Shown: piece after piece, positions 1-12,301 of the stretch
How the letters are laid out: each line of letters begins with the position of its first letter
Position numbering within the stretch: position 1 is the stretch's first letter
Assembly: GCF_046119375.1 (NCBI RefSeq)
Contig: NW_027362767.1
Span: 434,124,001-434,188,000 of the forward strand
Source: Phyllobates terribilis
Lineage: Eukaryota
Length of the DNA stretch: 64,000 nucleotides
Direction of reading: 5' to 3'
Notes under the pieces: model-generated
Databases searched by the model: none
The model's input: only the letters and a program-made list of their open reading frames with translations
Told to the model about the DNA's origin: nothing
Translations under genes and position numbers: made by a program

Positions 1-3000
1 CCCACTCCCGCAGAACGGTCCCCCCCCCCACACACGCACGCGACCCCCATCCCGCAGAAAGGTCTCCCCACACACGCACGCGACCCCCTCCTGCAGAACG
101 GACCCCCCCCACACACACACACACACACGACTCCCCTCCTGCAGAACGGTCCCCCCCCCACACACACACACGACCCCCCTCCTGCAGAACGGTCCCCCCC
201 CCACACACACACACGACCCCCCTCCTGCAGAACGGTCCCCCCCCACACACACACACGACCCCCCTCCCGCAGAACGGCCCCCCCCACACACACACACATG
301 ACCCCCCTCCCGCAGAACGGCCCCCCCACACAACGGTCCCCCCCCAAACACACGCGACCCCCCTCCCGCAGAACGGTCACACACACGCGACCCCCCTCCC
401 GCAGAACGGTCCCCCGCACACACACACACACACAACCCCCCTCCCGCAGAACGGTCCCCCCCACACACACACACGCGATCCACCTCCCGCAGAACGGTCC
501 CCCCCCCACACACACAAGCGATCCACCTCCCGCAAAACGGTCCCCCCCCACACACACACAACCCCCCTCCCGCAGAACGGTCCCCCCCCCCCAGACACAC
601 AACCCCCCTCCCGCAGAACGGTCCCCCCCCCACACACACACAACCCCCCTCCCGCAGAACGGTCCCCCCCCCACACACACACAACCCCCCTCCCGCAGAA
701 CGGTCCCCCCCACACACACATGCGATCCACCTCCCGCAGAACGGTCCCCCCCCCCCCACACACACGCGCACGACCCCCCTCCCGCAGAACGGTCCCCCCC
801 CCACACACAAGCGACCTCCCTCCCGCAGAACGGTCCCCCCCACACACACACGACCCCCCCCTGCAGAACTCGCCCCCCCTCCCACAACTTGCCCCCACAC
901 ACCCACACACCCCTGCAGAACTTGCCCCCTCTCCCACAACTTGCCCCCCACCACACCAATGCAGAAATGACCCCCCCACACACTGAACGGTACACACACA
1001 CGCGACCCCCCTCCCGCAGAACGGTCCCCCACACACACGCGACCCCCCTCCCGCAGAACGGTTCCCCCCACACACGCGACCCCCCTTCCGCAGAACGGTC
1101 TTCCCCCCACACACGCACGCGACCCCCCTTCCGCAGAAAGGTCCCCCCCACACACGCACGCGACCCCCCTCCCGCAGAAAGGTCCCCCCCACACACGCAC
1201 GCGACCCCCCTCCCGCAGAAAGGTCTCCCCACAAACGCACGCGACCCCCCTCCCGCAGAACGGTCCCCCCCCAGACACGCACGCGACCCCCCTCCCGCAG
1301 AACGGTCCCCCCCAGACACGCACGCGACCCCCCTCCCGCAGAACGGTACCCCCCCAGACACGCACGCGACCCCCCTCCCGCAGAACGGTACCCCCCTACA
1401 CACGCACGCGACAGCCCTCCCGCAGAACGGTCACCCCCCACGCACACGCGACCCCCCTCCCGCAGAACGGTCACCCCCCACGCACACGCGACCCCCCTCC
1501 CGCAGAACGGTCCTGTCCCCCACCCCACGCGACCCCCCTCCTGCAGAACGGTCCCCCCCACACGCACAAGCGACCTCCCTCCCGCAGAACGGTCCCCCCC
1601 CCACACACACAAGCGACCTCCCTCCCGCAGAACGGTCCCCCCCCCACACACACAAGCGACCTCCCTCCCGCAGAACGGTCCCCCCCACACACACACAAGC
1701 GACCTCCCTCCCGCAGAACGGTCCCCCCCACACACACACGCGACCTCCCTCCCGCAGAATGGTCCCCCCTAAACACACGCGACCCTCCTCCCGCAGAACG
1801 GTCGCCCCCCCGCAGAAAGGTTTCCCCCCCCCCGCACACACATGCGACCCCCCTCCCGCAGAACGGTCCTCCCCCACACACACACACGCGACCCGCCTCC
1901 CGCAGAACGGTCCCCCCCCACACACATGCGCGACCCCCCTCCCGCAGAACGGTCCCCCCACACACACATGCGACCCCCCTCCCGCAGAACGGTCCCCCCA
2001 CACACACATGCGACCCCCCTCCCGCAGAACGGGTCCCCCCCCCACACACACACAGACGACCCCCCTCCCGCAGAACGGGTCCCCCCCCCCACCCCACACA
2101 CACACACACACGACCCCCCTCCCGCAGAACGGGTCCCCCCCCACACACACACACGACCCCCCTCCCGCAGAACGGTCCCCCCCACACACACGCAACCCCC
2201 CTCCCGCAGAACGGTCCCCCCCACACACACGCGACCCGCCTCCCGCAGAACGGTCCCCCCCCCACAAACACAACCCCCCTCCCACAGAACGGTCCTCCCC
2301 ACACACACAACCCCCCTCCTGCAGAACGGTCCCCCCCACACACACACATGTGATCCACCTCCCGCAGAACGGTTCCCCCCCCCACACACACGCGCGCGAC
2401 CCCCCTCCCGCAGAACGGTCCCCCCCACACACAAGCGACCTCCCTCCCGCAGAACGGTCCCCCCCACACACACACACGACCCCCCCCTGCAGAACTCGCC
2501 CCCCCTCCCACAACTTGCCCCCACACACCCCTGCAGAACTTGCCCCCCTTTTCCACACACCCCTGCAGAACTTGCCCCCCTTTCCCACACACCCCTGCAG
2601 AACTTGCCCCCCTCTCCCACACACCCCTGCAGAACTTGCCCCCCTCTCCCACAACTTGCCCCCACACACCCCTGCAGAACTTGCCCCCCTCTCCCACACA
2701 CCCCTGCAGAACTTGCCCCCCTCTCCCACACACCCCTGCAGAACTTGCCCCCCTCTCCCACACACCCCTGCAGAACTTGCCCCCCTCTCCCACACACCCC
2801 TGCAGAACTTGCCCCCCTCTCCCACACACCCCTGCAGAACTTGCCCCCCACTCCCACACACCCCTGCAGAACTTGCCCCCCACTCCCACACACCCCTGCA
2901 GAACTTGCCCAATCTCCCACAACTTGCCCCCCCCCACACCGAACGGTACACATACACGCCCCCGCAGAACGGTCCCCTCACACACACGCGACCCCCGTTC

Positions 3001-6000
3001 CGCAGAACGGTCCCACACACACACGCGACCCCCCTCCCGCAGAACGGTTACACACACACACGCGACCCCCACCTTCCGCAGAACGGTCTTCCCCCCACAC
3101 GCACGCTCCCCCACTCCCGCAGAACGGTCTTCCCCCCCACACGCACGCTCCCCCACTCCCGCAGAACGGTCCCCCCCACACACGCACGCGACTCTCCTTC
3201 TGCAGAACGGACCCCCCCCCCACACACACACACACGACTCCCCTCCTGCAGAACGGTCCCCCCCACACGCACGCGACCCCGCAGAACGGTCCCCCCCACA
3301 AGCACGCGACCCCGCAGAACGGTCCGCCCCCCCACACGCACGCGACCCCCCTCCCGCAGAACGGTACCCCCCAACACACGCACGCGACCCCGCAGAACGG
3401 TCCCCCCCCACACGCACGCGACCCTGCAGAACGGTCCCCCCCACACGCACGCGACCCCCCTCCCGCAGAACGGTACCCCCCCACACACGCGACCCCGCAG
3501 AACGGTCCCCCCCCACACGCACGCGACCCCCATCCCGCAGAACGGTATCCCCCCACACACGCACGCGACCCCCCTCCCGCAGAACGGTATCCCCCCACAC
3601 ACACGCGACCCCCCCTCCCGTAGAACGGTCCCCCCCACACACGCACGCGACCCCCCTCCCGCAGAACGGTACCCCCCCACACACGCGACCCCCCTCCCGC
3701 AGAACGGTACCCCCGCACACACGCGCGACCTCCCCTCCCGTAGAACGGTTCTCACACACACGCGACCCCCCTCCCGTAGAACGGTCCCCCCCACACACGC
3801 ACGCGACCCCCCTCCCGCAGAACGGTCCTCCCCCACACACGCACGCGACCCCCCTCCCGCAGAACGGTCCTCCCCCCACACACGCACGCGACCCCCCTCC
3901 CGCAGAACGGTCCTCCCCCCACACACGCACGCGACCCCCCTCCCGCAGAACGGTCCTCCCCCCACACACGCGACCCCCCTCCCGCAGAACGGTCCTCCCC
4001 CCACACGCACGCGACCCCCCTCCCGCAGAACGGTCCTCCCCCCACACGCACGCGACCCCCCTCCCGCAGAACGGTCCTCCCCCCACACGCACGCGACCCC
4101 CCTCCCGCAGAACGGTCCTCCCCCCACACGCACGCTCCCCCACTCCAGCAGAACGGTCTTCCCCCCACACGCACGCTCCCCCACTCCCGCAGAACGGTCC
4201 CCCCCACACACGCACGCGACCCCCATCCCGCAGAAAGGTCTCCCCACACACGCACGCGACCCCCCTCCTGCAGAACGGACCCCCCACACGCACACATGAC
4301 TCCCCTCCTGCAGAACGGTCCCCCCCCACACACACGACCCCCCTCCCGCAGAACGGTCCTCCCCCCACTCCCGCAGAAAGGTCTCCCCACACACGCACGC
4401 AACCCCCCTCCTGCAGAACGGACCCCCCCACACACACGACTCCCCTCCTGCAGAAGGGTCACCCCCCACACGCACGCGACCCCGCAGAACGCGACCCCCC
4501 CTCCCGTAGAACGGTACCCCCCCCACACACGCACGCGACCCCCCTCCCGCAGAACGGACTCCCCCACACACACGACTCCCCTCCTGCAGAAGGGTCACCC
4601 CCCACACGCACGCGACCCCGCAGAACGCGACCCCCCCTCCCGCAGAACGGTACCCCCCCACACACGCACGCGACCCCCCTCCCGCAGAACGGTCCTCCCC
4701 CCACACGCACGCTCCCCCACTCCAGCAGAACGGTCTTCCCCCCACACGCACGCTCCCCCACTCCAGCAGAACGGTCTTCCCCCCACACGCACGCTCCCCC
4801 ACTCCCGCAGAACGGTCCCCCCCACACACGCACGCGACCCCCATCCCGCAGAAAGGTCTCCCCACACACGCACGCGACCCCCCTCCTGCAGAACGGACCC
4901 CCCACACGCACACATGACTCCCCTCCTGCAGAACGGTCCCCCCCCACACACACGACCCCCCTCCCGCAGAACGGTCCTCCCCCCACTCCCGCAGAAAGGT
5001 CTCCCCACACACGCACGCAACCCCCCTCCTGCAGAACGGACCCCCCCACACACACGACTCCCCTCCTGCAGAAGGGTCACCCCCCACACGCACGCGACCC
5101 CGCAGAACGCGACCCCCCCTCCCGCAGAACGGTACCCCCCCCACACACGCACGCGACCCCCCTCCCGCAGAACGGACTCCCCCACACACACGACTCCCCT
5201 CATGCAGAAGGGTCACCCCCCACACGCACGCGACCCCGCAGAACGCGACCCCCCCTCCCGCAGAACGGTACCCCCCCACACAAGCACGCGACCCCCCTCC
5301 CGCAGAATGGTTCCCCCCCACACACGCACGCGACCCCCCTCCCGCAGAACGGTTCCCCCTCCCACACGCACGCGACCCCCCTCCTGCAGAACGGTCCTCC
5401 CCCCACACGCACGCGACCCCCTCCCGCAGAACGGTCCCCCCCACACACGCACGCGACCCCCCTCCCGTAGAACGGACCCCCCACACACACACACACACAC
5501 ACACACACGAGTCCCCTCCTGCAGAACGGTCCCCCCCCCACACGCGACCCCGCTCCCGCAGAACGGTCCCCCCCCACACGCACGAGACCCTGCAGAACGC
5601 CCCCCCCCACACGCACGCGACCCCCCTCCCGCAGAACGGTCCCCCGCCCACACACACGACCCCCCTCCCGCAGAACGGTCCCCCGCCCACACACACACGA
5701 CCCCCCTCCCGCAGAACGGTCCCCCCCCCACAACCACACGACCCCCCCTCTCGCAGAACGGTCACCCACACACACACACGACCCCCCCTCCCGCAGAACG
5801 GTCACCCACACACACGACCCCCCCTCCCGCAGAACAGTCACCCCCACACACACACACACACACACGACCCCCCCTGCAGAACTTGCCCCCCCCCACACCC
5901 CCCTGCAGAACTTGCCCCCTCTCCCACAACTTGCCCCCCCACACCCCTGCAGAACTTGCCCCCCTCCCATACACCCCTGCAGAACTGACCCCCCACACCA

Positions 6001-7240
6001 AACGGTACACACACGCCCCCGCAGAACGGTCCCCCCCCCACACGCACGCGAACCCCCTCCCGCAGAACGGTCCCCCCACACACGCACGTGACCCCCCTCC
6101 CGCAGAACGGTCCCCCACACACACACACGCGACCCCCCTCCCGCAGAAAGGTCCCCCCCCACACACACACACACACAACCCCCCCTCCTGCAGAACGGTC
6201 CCCCCCGCACACACACGAACCCACAACCCTACAGAACTGACCCCCCCACACCCCTGCAGAACTTGCCCCCTTCCACACACCCCTGCAGAACGTACCCCCT
6301 CTCCCACAGAAAGGTCTAACCCCCCCCACACGACCCCCCCTCCCACAGAACGGTCACCCCCCACACACACGACCCCCCCTCCCGCAGAACGGTCCCCCCC
6401 ACACACACACGACCCCCCCCTCCCGCAGAATGGTCTCCCCACACACACACACGACCCCCCCAGCAGAACTTGCCCCCCCCCACACACACACACGACCCCC
6501 CTCCCGCAGAACGCCCCCCCCACACACACGCGACCCCCCTCCCGCAGAACTCTCCCCCTCCTGCAGAACGCTCCCCCCCCCACACACACAACCGTCCCCC
6601 CCACAACACACACACGACCCCCCTCCCGCAGAACGCCCCCCCCACACACACGCGACCCCCCTCCCGCAGAACGGTCCCCCACACACACGCGACCCCCCTC
6701 CCGCAGAACGCCCCCCCCACACACACGCGACCCCCCCTCCCGCAGAACTTGCCCCCTCTCCCACACACCCCCGCAGAACTTGCCCCCTCTCCCACACACC
6801 CCCGCAGAACTTGCCCCCCCTCCCACACACCCCTGCAGAACTTGCCCCCCCTCCCACACACCCCCGCAGAACTTGCCCCCTCTCCCACACACCCCCGCAG
6901 AACTTGCCCCCTCTCCCACACACCCCCGCAGAACTTGCCCCCTCTCCCACACACCCCCGCAGAACTTGCCCCCTCTCCCACACACCCCCGCAGAACTTGC
7001 CCCCTCTCCCACACACCCCCGCAGAACTTGCCCCCTCTCCCACACACCCCCGCAGAACTTGCCCCCCCTCCCACACACCCCCGCAGAACTTGCCCCCCCT
7101 CCCACACACCCCTGCAGAACGTACCCCCTCTCCCACAACTTGCCCCCTCTCCCACAACTTGCCCCGCCACACCCCTACAGAACTGATCCCCCCACACCCC
7201 TGCAGTACTTGCCCCCCTCCCCTCCCGAACGTACCCCCCA
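1..7240. repeat. C/A-rich degenerate minisatellite (core GCAGAACGGTCCCCCC-(CA)n-CGCGACCCCCTCCC, ~35-45 bp), with blocks of a ~31-bp variant CCCCTGCAGAACTTGCCCCCTCTCCCACACA
   Basis: Core motif repeats continuously from base 1 to ~7240. Variant blocks at ~860-950, ~2480-2930, ~5870-5990 and ~6740-7210. The long ORFs here are low-complexity repeat translations. Confidence 0.97.
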
Positions 7241-7318
7241 CGCATGGATTTCCTCTACATGACACTCATCGGCAGAGCATTCCCCCTCCCAGCACAGCCC
7301 TCCGGGGGTCTCTCTCAC

Positions 7319-7420
7319 CTGCTCACCAGCAGCCGCCCCTTCCTTGCACTTTCGGGGAGACTTTTTCTCCTCTCTCGTTACTTGGCAAAGTCTCGGCGCA
7401 AGCCCCGCCCCCACATTCCA
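7319..7420 (-). other. Possible non-coding first exon of a leftward gene
   Basis: Minus-strand donor-like sites CAG|GTGAGA (boundary 7319) and CTG|GTGAGC (boundary 7327) lie just downstream of a promoter-motif cluster. No ATG in the interval. The 5' boundary is approximate. Confidence 0.35.
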
Positions 7421-7459
7421 GGACACGCAGGTATCTCCGCAGCCACAGGTGGGGCCGGC

Positions 7460-7655
7460 GCATGGAATGCCGGGACTTGTAGTCCTGAACCTGCCCCATC
7501 GCCTCAATATTGGAACAGGCGAGCAATAAGCGGACTACAAGTCCCAAAAGCGCCCGCGTCTTGCAGATTAAAGCCGCACCTCCCAGCATTCCCCAAGGAT
7601 CGGACAGGACTGGCAGCGTCACGTGGTGCTCCCCGGTGGTCACCGGAAATGATCA
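7460..7655. promoter_or_regulatory. Housekeeping-type promoter island: inverted pair of ZNF143/THAP11-type ACTACAANTCCC motifs, E-box, ETS site
   Basis: GGGACTTGTAGTCC (7472-7485) and GGACTACAAGTCCC (7532-7545) are exact reverse complements. TCCCAGCATTC near 7581, CACGTG 7620-7625, CCGGAAAT 7643-7650. CpG-rich unique sequence between two satellites. Confidence 0.6.
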
Positions 7656-8009
7656 TAGCACGACTCACAATAATCCCAGATAACTGCACTGATTTCCCAC
7701 AGTTTAGGTTTCACACTAAGAACCGTCACTTTCCACAGTTTTCGTCGTTGTAGAGGAGTGAAATACTTTACAACTCGTAGTTTTTATAGCAAACTCTCTA
7801 GATGCAATGTGTTATAAGTGTTCTCGTTGTGATGGAGCAAAATCCATAATTCCATTCTTCTTACTATATGGGATAAAGAACGTCATCGCTCGGGTAATTA
7901 CTGATGCAGCAATGGCCGCCTTACATCAGCTTTTCTTTGTTCTTTTACTTTACATTTTAATATGAACTTTAGTGACTTTTCAACAAGAAACCTGTGATCA
8001 CATCTATCA

Positions 8010-10101
8010 CTCCAGACCCCACACACTACACATGGAGGACAGGGAGAGAGTGATAGACCCCACACTACACATGGAGGACAGGTAGAGAGTGACAGACCCT
8101 GCACTACACATGGAGGACAGGTAGAGAGTAACAGACCCCGCACTACACATGGAGGACAGGGAGAGAGTGACAGACCCCACACTACACATGGAGGACAGGT
8201 AGAGAGTGACAGACCCTGCACTACACATGGAGGACAGGTAGAGAGTGACAGACCCTGCACTACACATGGAGGACAGGGAGAGAGTGACAGACCCCGCACT
8301 ACACATGGAGGACAGGTAGAGAGCGACAGACCCCACACTACACATGGAGGACAGGTAGAGAGTGACAGACCCTGCACTACACATGGAGGACAGGGAGAGA
8401 GTGACAGACCCCATACTACACATGGAGGACAGGTAGAGAGTGACAGACCCCGCACTACACATGGAGGACAGGGAGAGAGTGATAGACCCCACACTACACA
8501 TGGAGGACAGGTAGAGAGTGACAGACCCTGCACTACACATGGAGGACAGGGAGAGAGTGACAGACCCCGCACTACACATGGAGGACAGGTAGAGAGTGAC
8601 AGACCCCGCACTACACATGGAGGACAGGTAGAGAGTGACAGACCCCGCACTACACATGGAGGACAGGTAGAGAGTCCCGCACTACACATGGAGGACAGGT
8701 AGAGAGTGACAGACCCCGCACTACACATGGAGGACAGGTAGAGAGTGACAGACCCCGCACTACACATGGAGGACAGGTAGAGAGTGACAGACCCCACACT
8801 ACACATGGAGGACAGGTAGAGAGTGACAGACCCCACACTACACATGGAGGACAGGTAGAGAGTGACAGACCCCACACTACACATGGAGGACAGGTAGAGA
8901 GTGACAGACCCTGCACTACACATGGAGGACAGGTAGACAGTGACAGACCCCACACTACACATGGAGGACAGGTAGAGAGCGACAGACCCCACACTACACA
9001 TGGAGGACAGGTAGAGAGCGACAGACCCCACACTACACATGGAGGACAGGGAGAGAGCGACGGACCCCACACTACACATGGAGGACAGGTAGAGAGCGAC
9101 AGACCCCACACTACACATGGAGGACAGGTAGAGAGCGACAGACCCCGCACTACACATGAAGGACAGGTAGAGAGCGACAGACCCAACACTACACATGGAG
9201 GACAGGTAGAGAGTGACAGACCCCACACTACCCATGGAGGACAGGTAGACAGTGACAGACCCTACAGTACATATGGAGGACAGGTAGACAGTGACAGACC
9301 CCGCACTACAGATGGAGGACAGGGAGAGAGAGACAGACCCCACACTACACATGGAGGACAGGGAGAGAGTGACAGACCCTACAGTACATATGGAGGACAG
9401 GTAGACAGTGACAGACCCCGCACTACAGATGGAGGACAGGTAGAGAGTGACAGACCCCACACTACACATGGAGGACAGGTAGAGAGTGACAGACCCCGCA
9501 CTACACATGGAGGACAGGTAGAGAGTGACAGACCCCGCACTACACATGGAGGACAGGTAGAGAGTGACAGACCCCGCACTACACATGGAGGACAGGTAGA
9601 GAGTGACAGACCCCGCACTACACATGGAGGACAGGGAGAGAGTGACAGACCCCACACTACACATGGAGGACAGGTAGAGAGCGACAGACCCCACACTACA
9701 CATGGAGGACAGGGAGAGAGCGACGGACCCCACACTACACATGGAGGACAGGTAGAGAGCGACAGACCCCGCACTACACATGAAGGACAGGTAGAGAGCG
9801 ACAGACCCAACACTACACATGGAGGACAGGTAGAGAGTGACAGACCCCACACTACACATGGAGGACAGGTAGAGAGTGACAGACCCCACACTACACATGG
9901 AGGACAGCAGAGAGTGACAGACCCCACACTACACATGGAGGACAGGGAGAGAGTGACAGACCCCACACTACACATGGAGGACAGCAGAGAGTGACAGACC
10001 CCACACTACACATGGAGGACAGGGAGAGAGTGACAGACCCCACACTACACATGGAGGACAGGGAGAGAGTGACAGACCCCACAATACACATGGAGGGCAG
10101 G
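8010..10101. repeat. 39-bp tandem satellite, left part (GTGACAGACCCCACACTACACATGGAGGACAGGTAGAGA), ~53 units
   Basis: Direct tandem units. The 13-aa periodicity of the minus-strand ORFs (MCSVGSVTLYLSS) confirms the 39-bp period. Confidence 0.98.
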
Positions 10102-10106
10102 TAGTG

Positions 10107-11337
10107 TGTAGCGTCGGCGTCCCTGCCTCCTGCTAGGCAGGGACGCTGTTCCCCTCACCTCTCCGCTCCGAGCCCGGCGTCTTCCTCCCGCTCTGCTGGC
10201 AGCGCGCGCTCCTTCCCCTCTCTTAAAGGGGCCGCGCGCGCCGTCCTAAGGAGTCCCCGGCCAATGGCCGGAGGATTTCTCCATATATAAGGCACCTCCT
10301 CCAAAATGGAGGTGCCCGAGCAATGTTGTAGCATAGTTCATCACTCTGCTTCAGCCCTCAGGTCCCGTTACCAGTTATCTGCCAGTTTCCTGCCAATTTC
10401 CTGTCTGATACCTGCCTGACTCGTGTCTATCTGCTGTTATTCCTGCGGTCCGACAGTCTGCCTACCAGCCCTGCCAGTCTGTCTATGGATCCGTCTGCCC
10501 GCTCACCTGGGAGCGCTCACCTGCTACCTGCCTGCTAGCCTACCTGGAGGCTCTGCCGTCACGTGCTGTGACCACCTGCCTGTCCAGAGAATCTTACCCG
10601 CTCACCTGGGAGCGCTCACCTGCTACCTGCCCGCTAGCCTACCTGGAGGCTCTGCCGTCACGTGCTGTGACCACCTGCCCGTCCAGAGACTCTTGCCTGC
10701 TCACCTGGGAGCGTCCACCTGTTACCTGCCTGTTTGCCTACCTGGAGGCTCTGCCGTCACTTGCTGTGACCACCCGCTTGTCCAGAGACTCTCGCCCGCT
10801 CACCTGGGAGCGTCCACCCGCTACCTGCCTGCTTGCCTACCTGGAGGCTCAGCCGTCACTTGCTGTGACCACCCGCTTGTCCAGAGACTCTCGCCCGCTC
10901 ACCTGGGAGCGTCCACCCGCTACCTGCCTGCTTGCCTACCTGGAGGCTCAGCCGTCACTTGCTGTGACCACCCGCTTGTCCAGAGACTCTCGCCCGCTCA
11001 CCTGGGAGCGTCCACCCGCTACCTGCCTGCTAGCCTACCTGAAGGCTTAGCCATCACTTGCCGTGACCACACGCCTGTCAAGAGACTGCCCCCGTCACTT
11101 GCCATGACCTCCTGCCCTCTTACCCAGAGACTGTCCCCGTCACTGGCCGTGATCTCCTGCCCTCTTACCTAGAGACTGTCCCCGTCACTTGCCATGATCT
11201 CCTGCCCTCTTACCCAGAGACTGTCCCCGTCACTAGCCGTGACTGCCTGCCCGCCTTCCCTGGGTGTCACCCGCTTCCTTACAAGGACTGCCCCTTTGTA
11301 TAGTTGCTCTGTGGTTCCACCTCCCAGACCCCTTACA
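10107..11337 (+). repeat. 5' LTR (1231 bp) with TATA box, six 99-bp internal repeats and ~3.5 45-bp repeats
   Basis: Starts TGTAGCGTCGGCG, ends CCTTACA. TATATAA at 10284-10290. GCTCACCTGGGAGCG recurs at 10501, 10600, 10699, 10798, 10897 and 10996. CCCCGTCACT recurs at 11090, 11135, 11180 and 11225. Confidence 0.96.
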
Positions 11338-11339
11338 GT

Positions 11340-11349
11340 TTGCTCGGGC
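11340..11349 (+). other. Primer-binding site, self-priming type (complementary to the LTR transcript start)
   Basis: TTGCTCGGGC, 2 nt after the 5' LTR, is the exact reverse complement of GCCCGAGCAA (10314-10323), which begins 30 nt after the TATA start. It lacks the TGG start expected for a tRNA 3'-CCA primer. Confidence 0.8.
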
Positions 11350-11350
11350 C

Positions 11351-12301
11351 ATGGAACCCGGTGGCACCCAAGCTCCCTCGCTCTCGGACCTATGTCATGA
11401 ACTGTCCCGTCAGCGGTCCCAACAGGAGTCCATCCTGAGTCACCTGCGGAATGTCAACTCTCGCCTGGACACTCTGACTGCTCCACCAGCAACCACCGCT
11501 AGTGTCATGACTCGCAACCCGGCAACACCACTGCCCACCAATACCATGGTATCCTGCCCCGGACCCCGGCTTTCTGCACCCCCTCGCTTCGGAGGTGACC
11601 CCGCTCAAGCTCGGGGCTTCATAAACCAGTGCACCCTGCACTTTGAACTCTTGTCCCACCAGTTTATCTCCGACCGGGCCAAAGTAGCCTTCATCATGTC
11701 CCATCTCACGGGGGAGGCACTGACTTGGCTAAATCCTCTATGAGAGAGAGGAGACCCCCTGGTGACCGACCTGCCAGCCTTTCTCACGGCTTTCCGGAAA
11801 GTCTTCGACGAACCCAGACGGAAGACCTCATCCGCATCATCTCTGCTACGCCTCCATCAAGAAAATCTCACCGTTGGCCAATATGCCATACGGTTCCGTA
11901 CCCTTGCCTCGGAGCTGGCCTGGGATAACGACGCCCTGGTGTCTGTCTTTTGGGAGGGTCTGTCCGGCCGTATTAAAGATGAACTCGCCGGTCGGGACAT
12001 TCCTACCACTCTCGACGACTTAATAACTCTTGCCACCCGGATTGACATCCGGTTCCAGGAGCGCGCCAAAGAGGTCACCCGTGAGAGGAGGTTTCCACGT
12101 CTAGCCCCTACCTTTCAGAAACCCGTCTCTTCTCCCGCTACTCCCCAAGCGCACTCTTCCGAACCTATGCAGGTCGACCAGACCAAGATGCTCAAAACCC
12201 ATCAAGAGTTACGCCGAGCTGAGGGGAGCTGCTTCTACTGTGGCAGTAAGGAGCACCGGATCCGTACCTGCCCGGAGAGGTCGAGAAACGCCTGTGTCTA
12301 G
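11351..12301 (+). pseudogene. gag (retrotransposon capsid plus CCHC zinc knuckle), one premature TGA
   Basis: ATG 11351. Motifs P.RFGGDP, DRAKVAFIMSHLTGEALTW and CFYCGSKEHRIRTC. TGA at 11741-11743 sits where Trp is expected, and the same frame resumes afterwards. Confidence 0.9.

Noticed and set aside
298-7262. Very long Pro/His/Thr-rich and Gly/Cys/Val-rich ORFs (up to 1333 aa) on both strands
   Set aside because: They are translations of the C/A-rich minisatellite. Several frames are open at once because the repeat rarely forms stop codons, and no domain or splice structure is present.
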